Origin: a virus | IMG/VR virus record: IMGVR_UViG_3300023199_000127 | Coordinates: 64,001-128,000 of that record | Direction: 5' to 3' (one strand) | Length of the DNA stretch: 64,000 nucleotides | Shown here: positions 27,667-37,097 of the stretch, one piece after another | Layout of the letters: each line of letters begins with the position of its first letter | How positions within the stretch are numbered: position 1 is the stretch's first letter | Position numbers and translations under genes: made by a program | Notes under the pieces: generated by a model | What the model saw: only the letters and a program-made list of their open reading frames with translations | Database searches by the model: none | What the model was told of the DNA's origin: nothing

Positions 27667-28226
27667 GCGTACTCCACGCATTCAAAACCAGCACGACATT
27701 TCACCTATCCCTGCTCATTGAAACCCTAGGTGAAGGAGGCGTAGCCGGAGCTACGCCGACGGTAGGCATTAGGGAAAGCGATACCGACGACTTGTACCTG
27801 GACTGGGATGATATGACGTTCAAGACAAGTGGCTGGGGTACCCAGTATGCCGCCATGGAAGATCATGGAAACGGGTACTACAGACGATTGCTGAACTTCT
27901 CAGCAATCACCAATCTAACCACAGATCCAACAAAAATGTTGGTGGCGGAGTATACAGCTCCTGCCCACGGCGTCGCACAGGACCTGATACAGATGAACCC
28001 GGTGATGCTCGAGGAGATCAGGGACGGTGTCATAGGCACCGGATTCATTGATGTGGCCTCGGATCCCAACGGATGGCAGGAGCTGCGATATCAACGAGGT
28101 ACAAACACTGTAGTGGCGCGCTTTGAGCTCTATGATCAGGATAGTGTGCGAATCACACAGCAACGCAACCCTCTAAACACTCCCGGGATTCTCATCTCGG
28201 AACGCAGGTGGATTGGAGACACCTAG
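27663..28226 (+). CDS. Hypothetical virion-like protein
   Basis: 187 aa from the ATG overlapping the upstream TGA. Confidence 0.55.
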   Translation: MSVLHAFKTSTTFHLSLLIETLGEGGVAGATPTVGIRESDTDDLYLDWDDMTFKTSGWGTQYAAMEDHGNGYYRRLLNFSAITNLTTDPTKMLVAEYTAPAHGVAQDLIQMNPVMLEEIRDGVIGTGFIDVASDPNGWQELRYQRGTNTVVARFELYDQDSVRITQQRNPLNTPGILISERRWIGDT

Positions 28227-28432
28227 TGCCGTTTGGATCACCGGCCTCCAAGGGCATACAGCCGCTAAACCCCTCGTTCTCTAGTACTAGCACTCAGACT
28301 AACGAGCGGATTGTGGCTATACACATTACAGAGGGCATACTGGGAACGTGCAGTCTGATTGCACCTCCTGCACCCACTCCTACTAGCACTAGGTCATATC
28401 GAACCATGCCAATAGGTTACTGCAACGCTCCG

Positions 28433-28660
28433 CTATGTAGCATGCCATCTCAGCCATCCTCGTAGATGTACCAATGTGAAGAGGATCTGAGAGAACCACA
28501 CGGCCGGAGATGCCATCAAGATGCCGGCGGCGATCCATAGGAGATCGCCGACGCCTTGGAATACCCAGCCCGTGATACACCTGTTTCCAAGCCGGGTATA
28601 CCCATAGAGAAGCAGACCAGTACCTAGAATGCCCAGAAGCTCAGGAAGCAAATCCATCAC
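28433..28660 (-). CDS. Small multi-TM membrane protein (PnuC-like pattern)
   Basis: GWVFQGVGDLLW..WFSQILF..LRGWLRW. Confidence 0.5.
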   Translation of the reverse strand: MMDLLPELLGILGTGLLLYGYTRLGNRCITGWVFQGVGDLLWIAAGILMASPAVWFSQILFTLVHLRGWLRWHAT

Positions 28661-29036
28661 AGGGATCCCCGACGGTCAGATTGAATCTCTTGCGAAGCTG
28701 TTGAGCACTTTCCTCGAGATACACAATCTTGTTTTTGACACGCTCGAGAGCCTCAGCTTCAGCCTCCTCACGAGTCTCAAAGCTGTCATCGCCCTCCAGG
28801 CTGTCCCAGCCATCGGCACTACGACCTAGGGGAGAAAACTCTTTGTCAGGCCCATAGCGCTGCTCAACCGCCCAGTGATTTTCAAAATCTGCACCGGGAG
28901 AACCAGAATCGAACTGGCCCCACGGATGATCCACCCATTTCACACAAGTCTCATAGAAAGTAGCTCGGTACTCTACGATTTGATAATCGTGTGAAATCCT
29001 ATACCAGTAGCGTGTGGCCAAATGTCGCTCGCTCAT
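28641..29036 (-). CDS. Hypothetical protein
   Basis: 131 aa ORF in a - strand operon. Confidence 0.6.
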   Translation of the reverse strand: MSERHLATRYWYRISHDYQIVEYRATFYETCVKWVDHPWGQFDSGSPGADFENHWAVEQRYGPDKEFSPLGRSADGWDSLEGDDSFETREEAEAEALERVKNKIVYLEESAQQLRKRFNLTVGDPCDGFAS

Positions 29037-29054
29037 GCTTACTCCGTATAGGCG

Positions 29055-29303
29055 CTACTGGCAACGCTTCTCATGCTCTCGACCAGCTTCAAAGGCCTGC
29101 ATGGCCTTCACACGAAGTCCAGGCGGGACATCTGTCCACACCCCGTCATACCCAAGCTGATAGGCCATATCGATTTTGGCATCAGACATCAGGGAACCAG
29201 GGTTAGCTTGATGACTGGCGCCAAACTCACGACAGGCATTCTCTCCCTCGAACTCTTCTACGTCTTTGTGTAGTCTGTCCATCACGCTTTCCTCTTCGGG
29301 CAA
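29055..29303 (-). CDS. Hypothetical protein
   Basis: 82 aa ORF. Confidence 0.55.
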   Translation of the reverse strand: MPEEESVMDRLHKDVEEFEGENACREFGASHQANPGSLMSDAKIDMAYQLGYDGVWTDVPPGLRVKAMQAFEAGREHEKRCQ

Positions 29304-29587
29304 GGGGTCTGGGAGCCAGGAACCTTGCCCGCCGGCCCATTGCGTTCCACGATCATGATAGCCATGTTGTGACTCTCATCCGTATCACGCAGGAGCCAAT
29401 AGCGCCTGCGTGTCGGAGAATCAATGAGCTGACAAATCTGATCAATCTGACGATCATCAAGCTCATGACCCGGCCCAACAGTCGGCGGGCTATCACAGTG
29501 AAAGCACCCCTTAGCAGGCACATCATTGGACCTGATCGGGAGAAAACACTTGCAGCAAGGTCGATACTTAGGCATTGGCGAATTCAT
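29282..29587 (-). CDS. Small Cys-cluster protein
   Basis: CCKC..CFHC. Confidence 0.5.
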   Translation of the reverse strand: MNSPMPKYRPCCKCFLPIRSNDVPAKGCFHCDSPPTVGPGHELDDRQIDQICQLIDSPTRRRYWLLRDTDESHNMAIMIVERNGPAGKVPGSQTPCPKRKA

Positions 29588-29849
29588 TCATTCGTCTGTA
29601 CTGAGACCAAGTCATCCCAGACTCCATCAGGCGCCACTCGTTCAAAGCTATGACGATGGACAACTTATGGGAGTCACCATGCTGACGATGGTCCATGTAC
29701 ACGTGGTAATTCATAAGCGGAGACCTCTCCAGCTCTTTGCGCTCCTCGGGACTAAGCCGGGGCTCAATGAGTAGACCAGCTCCGTCCTCTCTCGACTCTA
29801 CTCTAGGAGACTGGGTGGATTTCGTGGAGGACTTGGACATCATGATCAC
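29568..29849 (-). CDS. Hypothetical protein
   Basis: 93 aa ORF. Confidence 0.5.
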   Translation of the reverse strand: MIMMSKSSTKSTQSPRVESREDGAGLLIEPRLSPEERKELERSPLMNYHVYMDHRQHGDSHKLSIVIALNEWRLMESGMTWSQYRRMNEFANA

Positions 29850-30456
29850 TCACTAGTTGTACCGTACGACCCATGAAGGTACGCGGTAGAGACGAGAAGT
29901 ATTCCTGGTGCAGGTGTCCAAACACCAGGTGCTCAATCTTAGTCATATCCAGAGAGTCTTTCCAGATTTCCTTGGCTACCTGATTAGAGAAAAACGGGAA
30001 ATGGGACATGAGAATGTGGGCATCACCAGCAGTGATGGCCATAAGCTGAGCATGCTGGCCCTCTTGCTCACGAGTCAAAGTGTCATGGTGGTGAGACCAG
30101 GGAAGTGAGCCATAATTACCACCCTCCAGAAGAGCAACGTCTGGTATCGGCTTCTGCTGATAGTAGTGCTTCTCACTGAGAAGAGACTTCTTCATCCAGC
30201 TTTGCCACCAGTCATTGTTCCCAGGCACGAACGTGACTTCGTATGCACTAAGGGCATTACTGAGTCTGCGGTCTGCTTTCTCCCAGTCCTGTACAGGGTC
30301 GATGATATCGCCCAGTAGGACGATACGAGACCCGATGGGAATATCACGCAGTTCCTCATGGAACCGCTCCTCAGTCTCGCTGATTGTGCCTACCAGGTGT
30401 AGGCACGAAGTCGCGAACAGCTTCGTGGTCTCGGATTGCGCCGAGGATTCGCTCAA
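29803..30456 (-). CDS. Metallophosphoesterase with variant motifs
   Basis: SCLHL, LGDII, GNND, SHFP, FGHLH; DxH is CxH and GNH is GNN. Confidence 0.7.
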   Translation of the reverse strand: MSESSAQSETTKLFATSCLHLVGTISETEERFHEELRDIPIGSRIVLLGDIIDPVQDWEKADRRLSNALSAYEVTFVPGNNDWWQSWMKKSLLSEKHYYQQKPIPDVALLEGGNYGSLPWSHHHDTLTREQEGQHAQLMAITAGDAHILMSHFPFFSNQVAKEIWKDSLDMTKIEHLVFGHLHQEYFSSLPRTFMGRTVQLVSDHDVQVLHEIHPVS

Positions 30457-31030
30457 TTGTTACCTCTTCCGGATTCTTCACAGCACAGAGACGACAGCCT
30501 GCCTCTAGGCAGGCTCTCTGACCATTGATGTTGTCTTCAACTACTAGAACCTCAGCCGGCTCAAGCTCCAACCTACGGCAGGCCTCGAGGTAAATGTCCG
30601 GATGGGGCTTTGGGTTATCGACATCCTCATTAGAAAGAGTGAATTCCATGAATGGCATAGCACCAACACCAGTGACCATCAGATCAACAGACTGACGAAT
30701 GGAATTGGAGGCACAGCCCAGTTTGTACCCACGGTCACGGAGGCCCTGCAATAGGGCCACCGTGCCGGTATCAATTCGCACAACCTCAGCAAGCATTTCT
30801 GAAGTACAGTCCTGCTTAAGCTGCCAGATGCGCGTTGCCTCTTTTCCCTCGATACCAAGCATCTTCATCTTCACATTGGTCGGCAGTCCATCAAACTTAC
30901 CCTTATGGTCTCCACGACTAATAGGGTCATGTCCTGCTCTTTCCAGAGCCTTATTCAAGGCCTGGTAGTGCAGGTCACATGCATCGAACAGGACGCCATC
31001 CAAATCGAATACGACAGCCCGGATCTTCAT
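30371..31030 (-). CDS. HAD-family phosphatase
   Basis: FDLDGVL, CASNS, PKPHPDIY, VEDNING. Confidence 0.9.
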   Translation of the reverse strand: MKIRAVVFDLDGVLFDACDLHYQALNKALERAGHDPISRGDHKGKFDGLPTNVKMKMLGIEGKEATRIWQLKQDCTSEMLAEVVRIDTGTVALLQGLRDRGYKLGCASNSIRQSVDLMVTGVGAMPFMEFTLSNEDVDNPKPHPDIYLEACRRLELEPAEVLVVEDNINGQRACLEAGCRLCAVKNPEEVTIERILGAIRDHEAVRDFVPTPGRHNQRD

Positions 31031-31040
31031 GCTACTTACC

Positions 31041-31868
31041 CTAGCCTGTATCCTTCATACCAAAGGGCGTAGCACTTTGCTTAGGATATACACTAATATC
31101 GCAGCTTGAGAACTTCTCCACATCCTCCGGCGTGCCAATGCCTCGCATTACACACGACAGAGTTTGGCCAATGAACTTCTTGCGAATCAAATAGTTCAAA
31201 GAAGGGGCAATGTAAAACTCCCCATTCACCATATCACCCACACGCATCATTTCCTCAATGGCTTTATCAGCCATCGAGGTTGAAGCATACACAAAGATAC
31301 CAACAATCGCCTCGGAACACGCCGGCTTCACAACCGGCTTCTCCACACAGGCAGCAATGTACTTTGTTTTGTCCTCAACACATGCAAAACTCCACTTACT
31401 CTCGTCTGCTGAGAACGTGGGAACCATGAAATCCACATCTCCCGCTAGAACCTGATACAGCTTAGCCCAACCTCTATTACCCAAAGGTTTCACCCATTGA
31501 TCACAGTTGGCAATCATGAGAGGGCTTTTCTTGTCGATGGAAATCGCTTCAGCAATCCCCACACGGGCACTACTAGCTTGGCCACGAGGATCCGGATCAA
31601 TAACCGCCTGAAACTCCGTCCGCGGATACTGATCACGCATCTGATGTACTGCTCTGCGAATCTGCTGGTCATTCTCACGATTCGTAACCAAGATACAGTT
31701 CTTCACAAGCTCCATCGGAAGACCGTCCAGCGACCACTGCAATAGCGTCTTGGAATCACCAGTAACACCGTTCTCGACAACGATCAGAGGCTTGGGAATG
31801 CTGGCATCATACCCGGCTTCCATAAACCGACTGCCTTGACCGGCCACGGGAATGACAAGATTGAACAC
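31041..31868 (-). CDS. Sugar/polyol-phosphate nucleotidyltransferase
   Basis: IPVAGQGSRF..PKPLI, IANCDQ, VEKP, NGEFYIAP, IGTPED. Confidence 0.85.
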   Translation of the reverse strand: MFNLVIPVAGQGSRFMEAGYDASIPKPLIVVENGVTGDSKTLLQWSLDGLPMELVKNCILVTNRENDQQIRRAVHQMRDQYPRTEFQAVIDPDPRGQASSARVGIAEAISIDKKSPLMIANCDQWVKPLGNRGWAKLYQVLAGDVDFMVPTFSADESKWSFACVEDKTKYIAACVEKPVVKPACSEAIVGIFVYASTSMADKAIEEMMRVGDMVNGEFYIAPSLNYLIRKKFIGQTLSCVMRGIGTPEDVEKFSSCDISVYPKQSATPFGMKDTG

Positions 31869-32678
31869 TTACCTCTCCTTGCGGGCTTCGCCCACTCTTT
31901 CATTGTACACATGCTCAATATGGCGCCAAAGTAGCCAATGATCCTGCTCCAGGAATCCAGTATGAGCTACAGCATCTTTGTAGGTCTGGGACTGCGGGCC
32001 TTGCCCGTGTCCCAGAGCCTCATTATGCTCTCGGAAGAAGAAACTACAGGGCACCACATAAGGATCACCCATGATTCCGCAATGAGCAATGATCCATGCT
32101 TCCGCACATGCACCAGCATGCATGGGATAGTCACATGCCCCAGAACTCACAAACGGTTCACGCTTCACTAGGAAGCTGTAGACGGGCAACGTAGGTCCAG
32201 TCGCAGGCACCATCTTAGTCGCACGATCAAAATCGTGCAACACCCTGCGATTCTCCTGGCCACCGGCATTCACAAAGATCGTCCTGCCACAGAATGACCA
32301 ATCGCGCTGCCACTTCTGCATTCCCTCAATCTGCATAGAGATGCGAGACCGACTACTGTAGTCATCAGAAAACTGATAAGCCACATAGTCTGCCTTGCTG
32401 GTAAGCGCATGCTCAAAGAACGGACGGTGGATTGCACCAGGCCTCCAGTTGGACCGACCAGGTCCAAACTGGAGTCGCACAGTCCGTTCTCTGGGATGCA
32501 TTCTAGCAAGCTCAGCCCACCTGTGAGCAAGAGCTGCAGTTCCATCAACAGACTGATCGTCTACCAGCAACACATCAATAGACCCATCATAGTCTTGGTC
32601 AACCAGACTCTTGATGCACTGGTCCAAAGTATGTTCTCTATTCCATATCGGAATGACGATGCTGACTGTAGGTAGCAT
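31869..32678 (-). CDS. Glycosyltransferase, GT2/GT-A
   Basis: VSIVIPIWNRE..CIKSL..QDY..LVDDQSVDGT. Confidence 0.85.
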   Translation of the reverse strand: MLPTVSIVIPIWNREHTLDQCIKSLVDQDYDGSIDVLLVDDQSVDGTAALAHRWAELARMHPRERTVRLQFGPGRSNWRPGAIHRPFFEHALTSKADYVAYQFSDDYSSRSRISMQIEGMQKWQRDWSFCGRTIFVNAGGQENRRVLHDFDRATKMVPATGPTLPVYSFLVKREPFVSSGACDYPMHAGACAEAWIIAHCGIMGDPYVVPCSFFFREHNEALGHGQGPQSQTYKDAVAHTGFLEQDHWLLWRHIEHVYNERVGEARKER

Positions 32679-33400
32679 TAGTATCCTAGCTGACGGAAGT
32701 CCTTATGAAATGACAAAGACAGCAACCGATAAGCATCAGGATGGTAGAAATAACTAGGGAAGGGAACCTTCCCATTCTTATGCTTACACCGTTGCTGTAG
32801 ATGTTCGACCGTATAGTCCCACAACTGAGACTCATTTACACCAAAATAGGCCATGGCATTTTCGACCTTTGGCCAGGGAGTGCCGTAGTAGCGAGCAAAA
32901 TCCCTCACTGCCAACGGATCCTCTAGCGGGATGATCACTGTATCCCCAGAGGTTCTGGTATTCAAATCCCAACCAAGAACCTGAGGTTGGTAGTGTGCAT
33001 CGAGCGCGTACGGGTCGTATCTACAGACGGCCCGTACGAAGTCGAGGAAACACCAGTTCTTAAAGTCTTCCTGGTACACACAATTACGGTCAATGTAGAG
33101 CAGATCTTGCTGAATGAACTTGTTCAAAAATGCACTGACCAGACGATCCCAAGGATGCCTGGTGAACACATAAAAGTCCTTCTTGTAATCCAATCGATGG
33201 ATAGGACACCACCACTCAGAATTCTCGGCATATCCCATGCAATTATGCAGCTCGCCAATGCCCATTTCATTAGCTCCAGACAAGCCAATAAGGTTAGCCC
33301 ACCACCTCTTGATTGTGGTGCAACCAGCCCTCTGCTTCCAGGCAATTGCTAGCTGATGCTCATCACTAGAGAAAACGTTGTAGGAGTACTGGGTGCTCAT
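32678..33400 (-). CDS. Carbohydrate sulfotransferase (Sulfotransfer_2/HNK-1 type)
   Basis: 5'-PSB-like KQRAGCTTIKRW; 3'-PB-like FTRHPWDRLVSAFLNK; HYQPQ; DFRQLGY end. Confidence 0.75.
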   Translation of the reverse strand: MSTQYSYNVFSSDEHQLAIAWKQRAGCTTIKRWWANLIGLSGANEMGIGELHNCMGYAENSEWWCPIHRLDYKKDFYVFTRHPWDRLVSAFLNKFIQQDLLYIDRNCVYQEDFKNWCFLDFVRAVCRYDPYALDAHYQPQVLGWDLNTRTSGDTVIIPLEDPLAVRDFARYYGTPWPKVENAMAYFGVNESQLWDYTVEHLQQRCKHKNGKVPFPSYFYHPDAYRLLSLSFHKDFRQLGY

Positions 33401-34143
33401 CTCTGTCTAAACCCACTAACCCACAACCACTCACCATGATCATCAATCGGTTCCGTCTCCCAGGTGTTTAGCGCATGAAGGCCCGCCTCCTCACATACCC
33501 GGACAATTTCCTCATGTGTGTAGGCGCATCCCTCCTCGGCTTGGAGGTGTTCAGGAAGCTCATCGTACCCAGTGGAATCTGGCTCCCCACTGGCCGGCGG
33601 GACATAGTCCCACGGCCGTAGACCATCTCGATACTTCTTCACCTGCAAGGTAAACCAGCCACCCTGCACCAAACACCGTCTCCACGAAGCCAAAATGCTC
33701 CGAACCACAGAATGATCGGCGATGTGCTGGAAGGTGATCACCGAGTAGATATGGTCCACACTGTGGGGTTCCACAAATCCCTCAGGAATACCATCGCCGT
33801 CAGCGGTGGCTACTCCTGCTACGTTATCAGCATCTCCATCCCCAATCTTGTCGGAAACAACCTGAATCATATCTGGGGAAATATCAACCCCGTACCAAAT
33901 ACCACCAAGTTGTGCAGAAAGGGGCAGCAGAAGACGACCAACACCGCAACCATAGTCCAGGATGGTCTCAGCAGGACAGCTACCCACAGCATCCAGTCCA
34001 CCATCTAGCATATGATCGAAGATCTGCTCACGATACCAGTCAACGCTGGCTTTATCGAACTGGTTGTAGCCAACACGATGCTTGAGTTCTTCTTCTCCAC
34101 CAAGCCACCGCTGTCGAGCACCCTTAAGGTACTGGTTGGTCAT
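33397..34143 (-). CDS. Class I SAM methyltransferase
   Basis: ILDYGCGVGRL, GVDISPDMI, FQHI, LVQGG. Confidence 0.85.
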   Translation of the reverse strand: MTNQYLKGARQRWLGGEEELKHRVGYNQFDKASVDWYREQIFDHMLDGGLDAVGSCPAETILDYGCGVGRLLLPLSAQLGGIWYGVDISPDMIQVVSDKIGDGDADNVAGVATADGDGIPEGFVEPHSVDHIYSVITFQHIADHSVVRSILASWRRCLVQGGWFTLQVKKYRDGLRPWDYVPPASGEPDSTGYDELPEHLQAEEGCAYTHEEIVRVCEEAGLHALNTWETEPIDDHGEWLWVSGFRQR

Positions 34144-34961
34144 GCACGTGCTCCTGAAACAGAAAGCATACGGTCATAGCTGGACCACTCAAGGAAATCC
34201 TTCGGGTCTACGCCAGCTTCCCGTGCGCCCTCGGCAAACACCTCACCCCAGTGTATGCCGTAACGACGCTCCAACTCATAAAGCATGTTATTGCGAGCTT
34301 TCTTACGCATTTCTTCGTTCGGCTCGACCTTGGCTTTTTCGTGGTTGATATGCGTGGTACCTGGTTGGTGCAAAATACCTACATCCTGATGGATGTACGA
34401 CTTGAATCCCAACCGATGGCCCAGGTAGGCCATCTCGTAATCCACGCCCCAACCATACATGAAGTCCTTGCTAATGCCGGGCATCTTGAACTCTTCAAAG
34501 CAGCTACGAACAAAGGAGCCACTCAGCAAAGGACAAACAAACTCGACAAAAGAGGTATTCCGTACACCAGATCCCCTTTTCCCCTGCGCACTAGTTGCAG
34601 GATGGCTCTTCTGGTACGGATGAATCTGCGCAGTCGCCGGCGGCATGTCGGCGACAAGCCTATCTAGCGTTCCATCGTCCACAATCTGAGCATCATTACA
34701 GAGACACCAGTAATGGTCAAAATTGTACTCCCCATTGAACCAGATTGACTTAATAGCCTCATGGAAAGACCAGGCCCAACGATTGTTCTCACGCAACATC
34801 AGGTTGTGGTCAGCATTCCTAGTCACCTCGTCAGCATCCGAATCGGCATCGATGTTGAAGATCGTTACTTCAACATCATGCGTGGTCTGACGGATACTGT
34901 CGATCAGACTTTCGGTCATCTCACGCATATTGCGATTGAGTACCAGTGCTGCTACGTTCAT
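34140..34961 (-). CDS. Glycosyltransferase, GT2-like
   Basis: LVLNRN, CLCNDA, GWGVDYE..H; paralog of the adjacent gene. Confidence 0.7.
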   Translation of the reverse strand: MNVAALVLNRNMREMTESLIDSIRQTTHDVEVTIFNIDADSDADEVTRNADHNLMLRENNRWAWSFHEAIKSIWFNGEYNFDHYWCLCNDAQIVDDGTLDRLVADMPPATAQIHPYQKSHPATSAQGKRGSGVRNTSFVEFVCPLLSGSFVRSCFEEFKMPGISKDFMYGWGVDYEMAYLGHRLGFKSYIHQDVGILHQPGTTHINHEKAKVEPNEEMRKKARNNMLYELERRYGIHWGEVFAEGAREAGVDPKDFLEWSSYDRMLSVSGARA

Positions 34962-35692
34962 TCCATGATCCTCTTATGCCAATTAGCCCCGTACTTCTCC
35001 GTGAGACGCTTATTCATCTCACTGTAGGCGCTCTTGTAGAACTCCTCCACACTCTCTGGCGCCACACCGCTGCTATATGTCTTGGAGGCTTCATGTTTGA
35101 CAGTGATGTTGTCATCAATGACCACTCGATAGCCTCTCCGACGGGCTTGGTAGCAGGTGTCATAATCGATACCCCAACCCCTATACAATTCAGGGTCAAA
35201 GACAGGCACATTAGCCTGGGGACCGATCATTTGCCAGATCAAGTTGATGTTCAAAGCAGGACAGATGGAATCTGTCATCCGAACATCTCTAAGCCCAATG
35301 CCTTGATAGAACATCCAGGGGTACGCATACCCCTGGATTCGTTCAACCGCGGGGTGCCACCACCCAACATCATTCTTCAAACGATGATGGAAGAAGTCCG
35401 GCGATGGAACTCCGCCGGTGATCTCGAAGTCGTTGGTACACAACCAGAGCCAGTCAATAGACTCACTCCTGTGCTTTTTTACAATGTAGTTCCAACCACC
35501 AGTCATACGCAAGTTGCCACCAGTGAAATGTGTGACATACTGTGACACATCACTATGACTCTCGTCTTCGCTACCATTCTCGTAAACAAAGAGATTCCTG
35601 CCTATTTCCCATCCACAGTTGAGAAGATTGTCAACTGTGCGATCGGTTAGCTCAGCCATCTTGTAGCTGAGAATGCAGCAATGAGCACTCAT
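34958..35692 (-). CDS. Glycosyltransferase, GT2-like
   Basis: ILSYK, YENGS, LCTNDF, GWGIDYD..H. Confidence 0.7.
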   Translation of the reverse strand: MSAHCCILSYKMAELTDRTVDNLLNCGWEIGRNLFVYENGSEDESHSDVSQYVTHFTGGNLRMTGGWNYIVKKHRSESIDWLWLCTNDFEITGGVPSPDFFHHRLKNDVGWWHPAVERIQGYAYPWMFYQGIGLRDVRMTDSICPALNINLIWQMIGPQANVPVFDPELYRGWGIDYDTCYQARRRGYRVVIDDNITVKHEASKTYSSGVAPESVEEFYKSAYSEMNKRLTEKYGANWHKRIME

Positions 35693-36501
35693 AGGTAATC
35701 AGGACTCCTGCGAGGGATAGGTCCACCATTCCTTACCACTGTACGTTGACCAGGTTTGAAGTGATGAGACGCCGTCTGTGGGGTCCGCAAGTCATGATCC
35801 AGATGATACACAAGAGCATCAGTTCTGTGGAAGGCCAGGCCAGAGCGGTGCAACCGCTCGGCCATATCTTCATCCTCACCACCCCAGCCTATGAAGGACT
35901 CATCGAAACCACCCATTCTTCGCATCGCATCTGCCGATGCAGAGAAATTACACCCCCAGCAGACCACCCAAGGATTGGGCACATCGGGCAGCTGGGCATA
36001 GGTACGGCCAAAGACGGTGCTCTCGTCGAGCCTGATGTCCTTCACAGTGGCATTCTCAGCCCAGAAGCTATCATGGACCCTGATATCCAAAGACCCCTCT
36101 ACGAGGCTCTGAGGCACCCTAGAACGAAGGCCCACAAAAACGTCTTTGGGCCGGCCTTCCTGTCCATGTTTGTGGACAAACCTGGTCTCCGGGACAGTAT
36201 CACAGTCGCAGATGATTACCCGGTCTCCTTCAGCATGGCTCAGGCCCATATTTCGGGCCTGGGCTAAGCGGAAGTCTGAACTTCGAGGATGCAGGTAGTG
36301 ATACTGCAGACCGGCAAAGCCTGCTGCATCCTGCATCCAGTTGTTGGCGTAGTGGACCGCATCTCGCGTATCACCATAGCCACCGTCGTTTACAACGATC
36401 AGTTCCCAGAGAGGAGCATCAACCTGCTGGCTAAAGCCACGCAAAGTTTGGAGCAGTCGAGCATTGTCATTACAGACTGTAAGGACGACTGAGATCTTCA
36501 T
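35689..36501 (-). CDS. Glycosyltransferase GT2 with GT7-type C-terminus
   Basis: VVNDGG, ARNMG, ICDCD, GGFDESFIGWGGEDED. Confidence 0.9.
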   Translation of the reverse strand: MKISVVLTVCNDNARLLQTLRGFSQQVDAPLWELIVVNDGGYGDTRDAVHYANNWMQDAAGFAGLQYHYLHPRSSDFRLAQARNMGLSHAEGDRVIICDCDTVPETRFVHKHGQEGRPKDVFVGLRSRVPQSLVEGSLDIRVHDSFWAENATVKDIRLDESTVFGRTYAQLPDVPNPWVVCWGCNFSASADAMRRMGGFDESFIGWGGEDEDMAERLHRSGLAFHRTDALVYHLDHDLRTPQTASHHFKPGQRTVVRNGGPIPRRSPDYL

Positions 36502-37097
36502 TAGTGTTTCACCCTCAGGCTATGCTCGCTTACCACTACTACCTTCTTACCAGTGCGGAGCACGGGAATGTTCCTCTTACGCAACTCCGGAATCAGCAGA
36601 CGACCCTTCTCAGCATCTTGCTTGTGCTCGACCTCTTCATAATCCTCACAGTCATCAAGAGCAATGATGCCACCCGACTTACAGAGTCTCTCAGCCTGCT
36701 CAAACAATTTGAGCGTGTACTCAGCATCATCTGGTCCATCCAAGTAGATGAAATCGAAGAAATTCCAGGTATTCTGCATGAACTGCAGACCATCATGCTG
36801 AACCAGGTTTACATCATAGCGCAACCCTGCCTCTTCCAAAGCAGCATCGGCACAACTGATGTCTAGGTCAACACTAGTGAAAATGGATTCAGTATCCTGC
36901 GCAAACTGAGCAAAGTGCAAGGTACTATGACCATCGCCCTTGGCATATTCCTCGGTGTTGACCCGCATGGATCCGATCTCAAGGATTTGAATCCCACCAT
37001 GCTCCTCAACAAGAGTCTGCATAGGGATCAGTAGATTCCACGCTCGATGCGCAGGATCATGAAGCTGGAAGATCCGGTCGGTGTCTTGAAGAATCAT
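36501..37097 (-). CDS. SAM methyltransferase (Methyltransf_24-like)
   Basis: ILEIGS, SVDLD, FIYLDG, GGIIALDD. Confidence 0.8.
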   Translation of the reverse strand: MILQDTDRIFQLHDPAHRAWNLLIPMQTLVEEHGGIQILEIGSMRVNTEEYAKGDGHSTLHFAQFAQDTESIFTSVDLDISCADAALEEAGLRYDVNLVQHDGLQFMQNTWNFFDFIYLDGPDDAEYTLKLFEQAERLCKSGGIIALDDCEDYEEVEHKQDAEKGRLLIPELRKRNIPVLRTGKKVVVVSEHSLRVKH

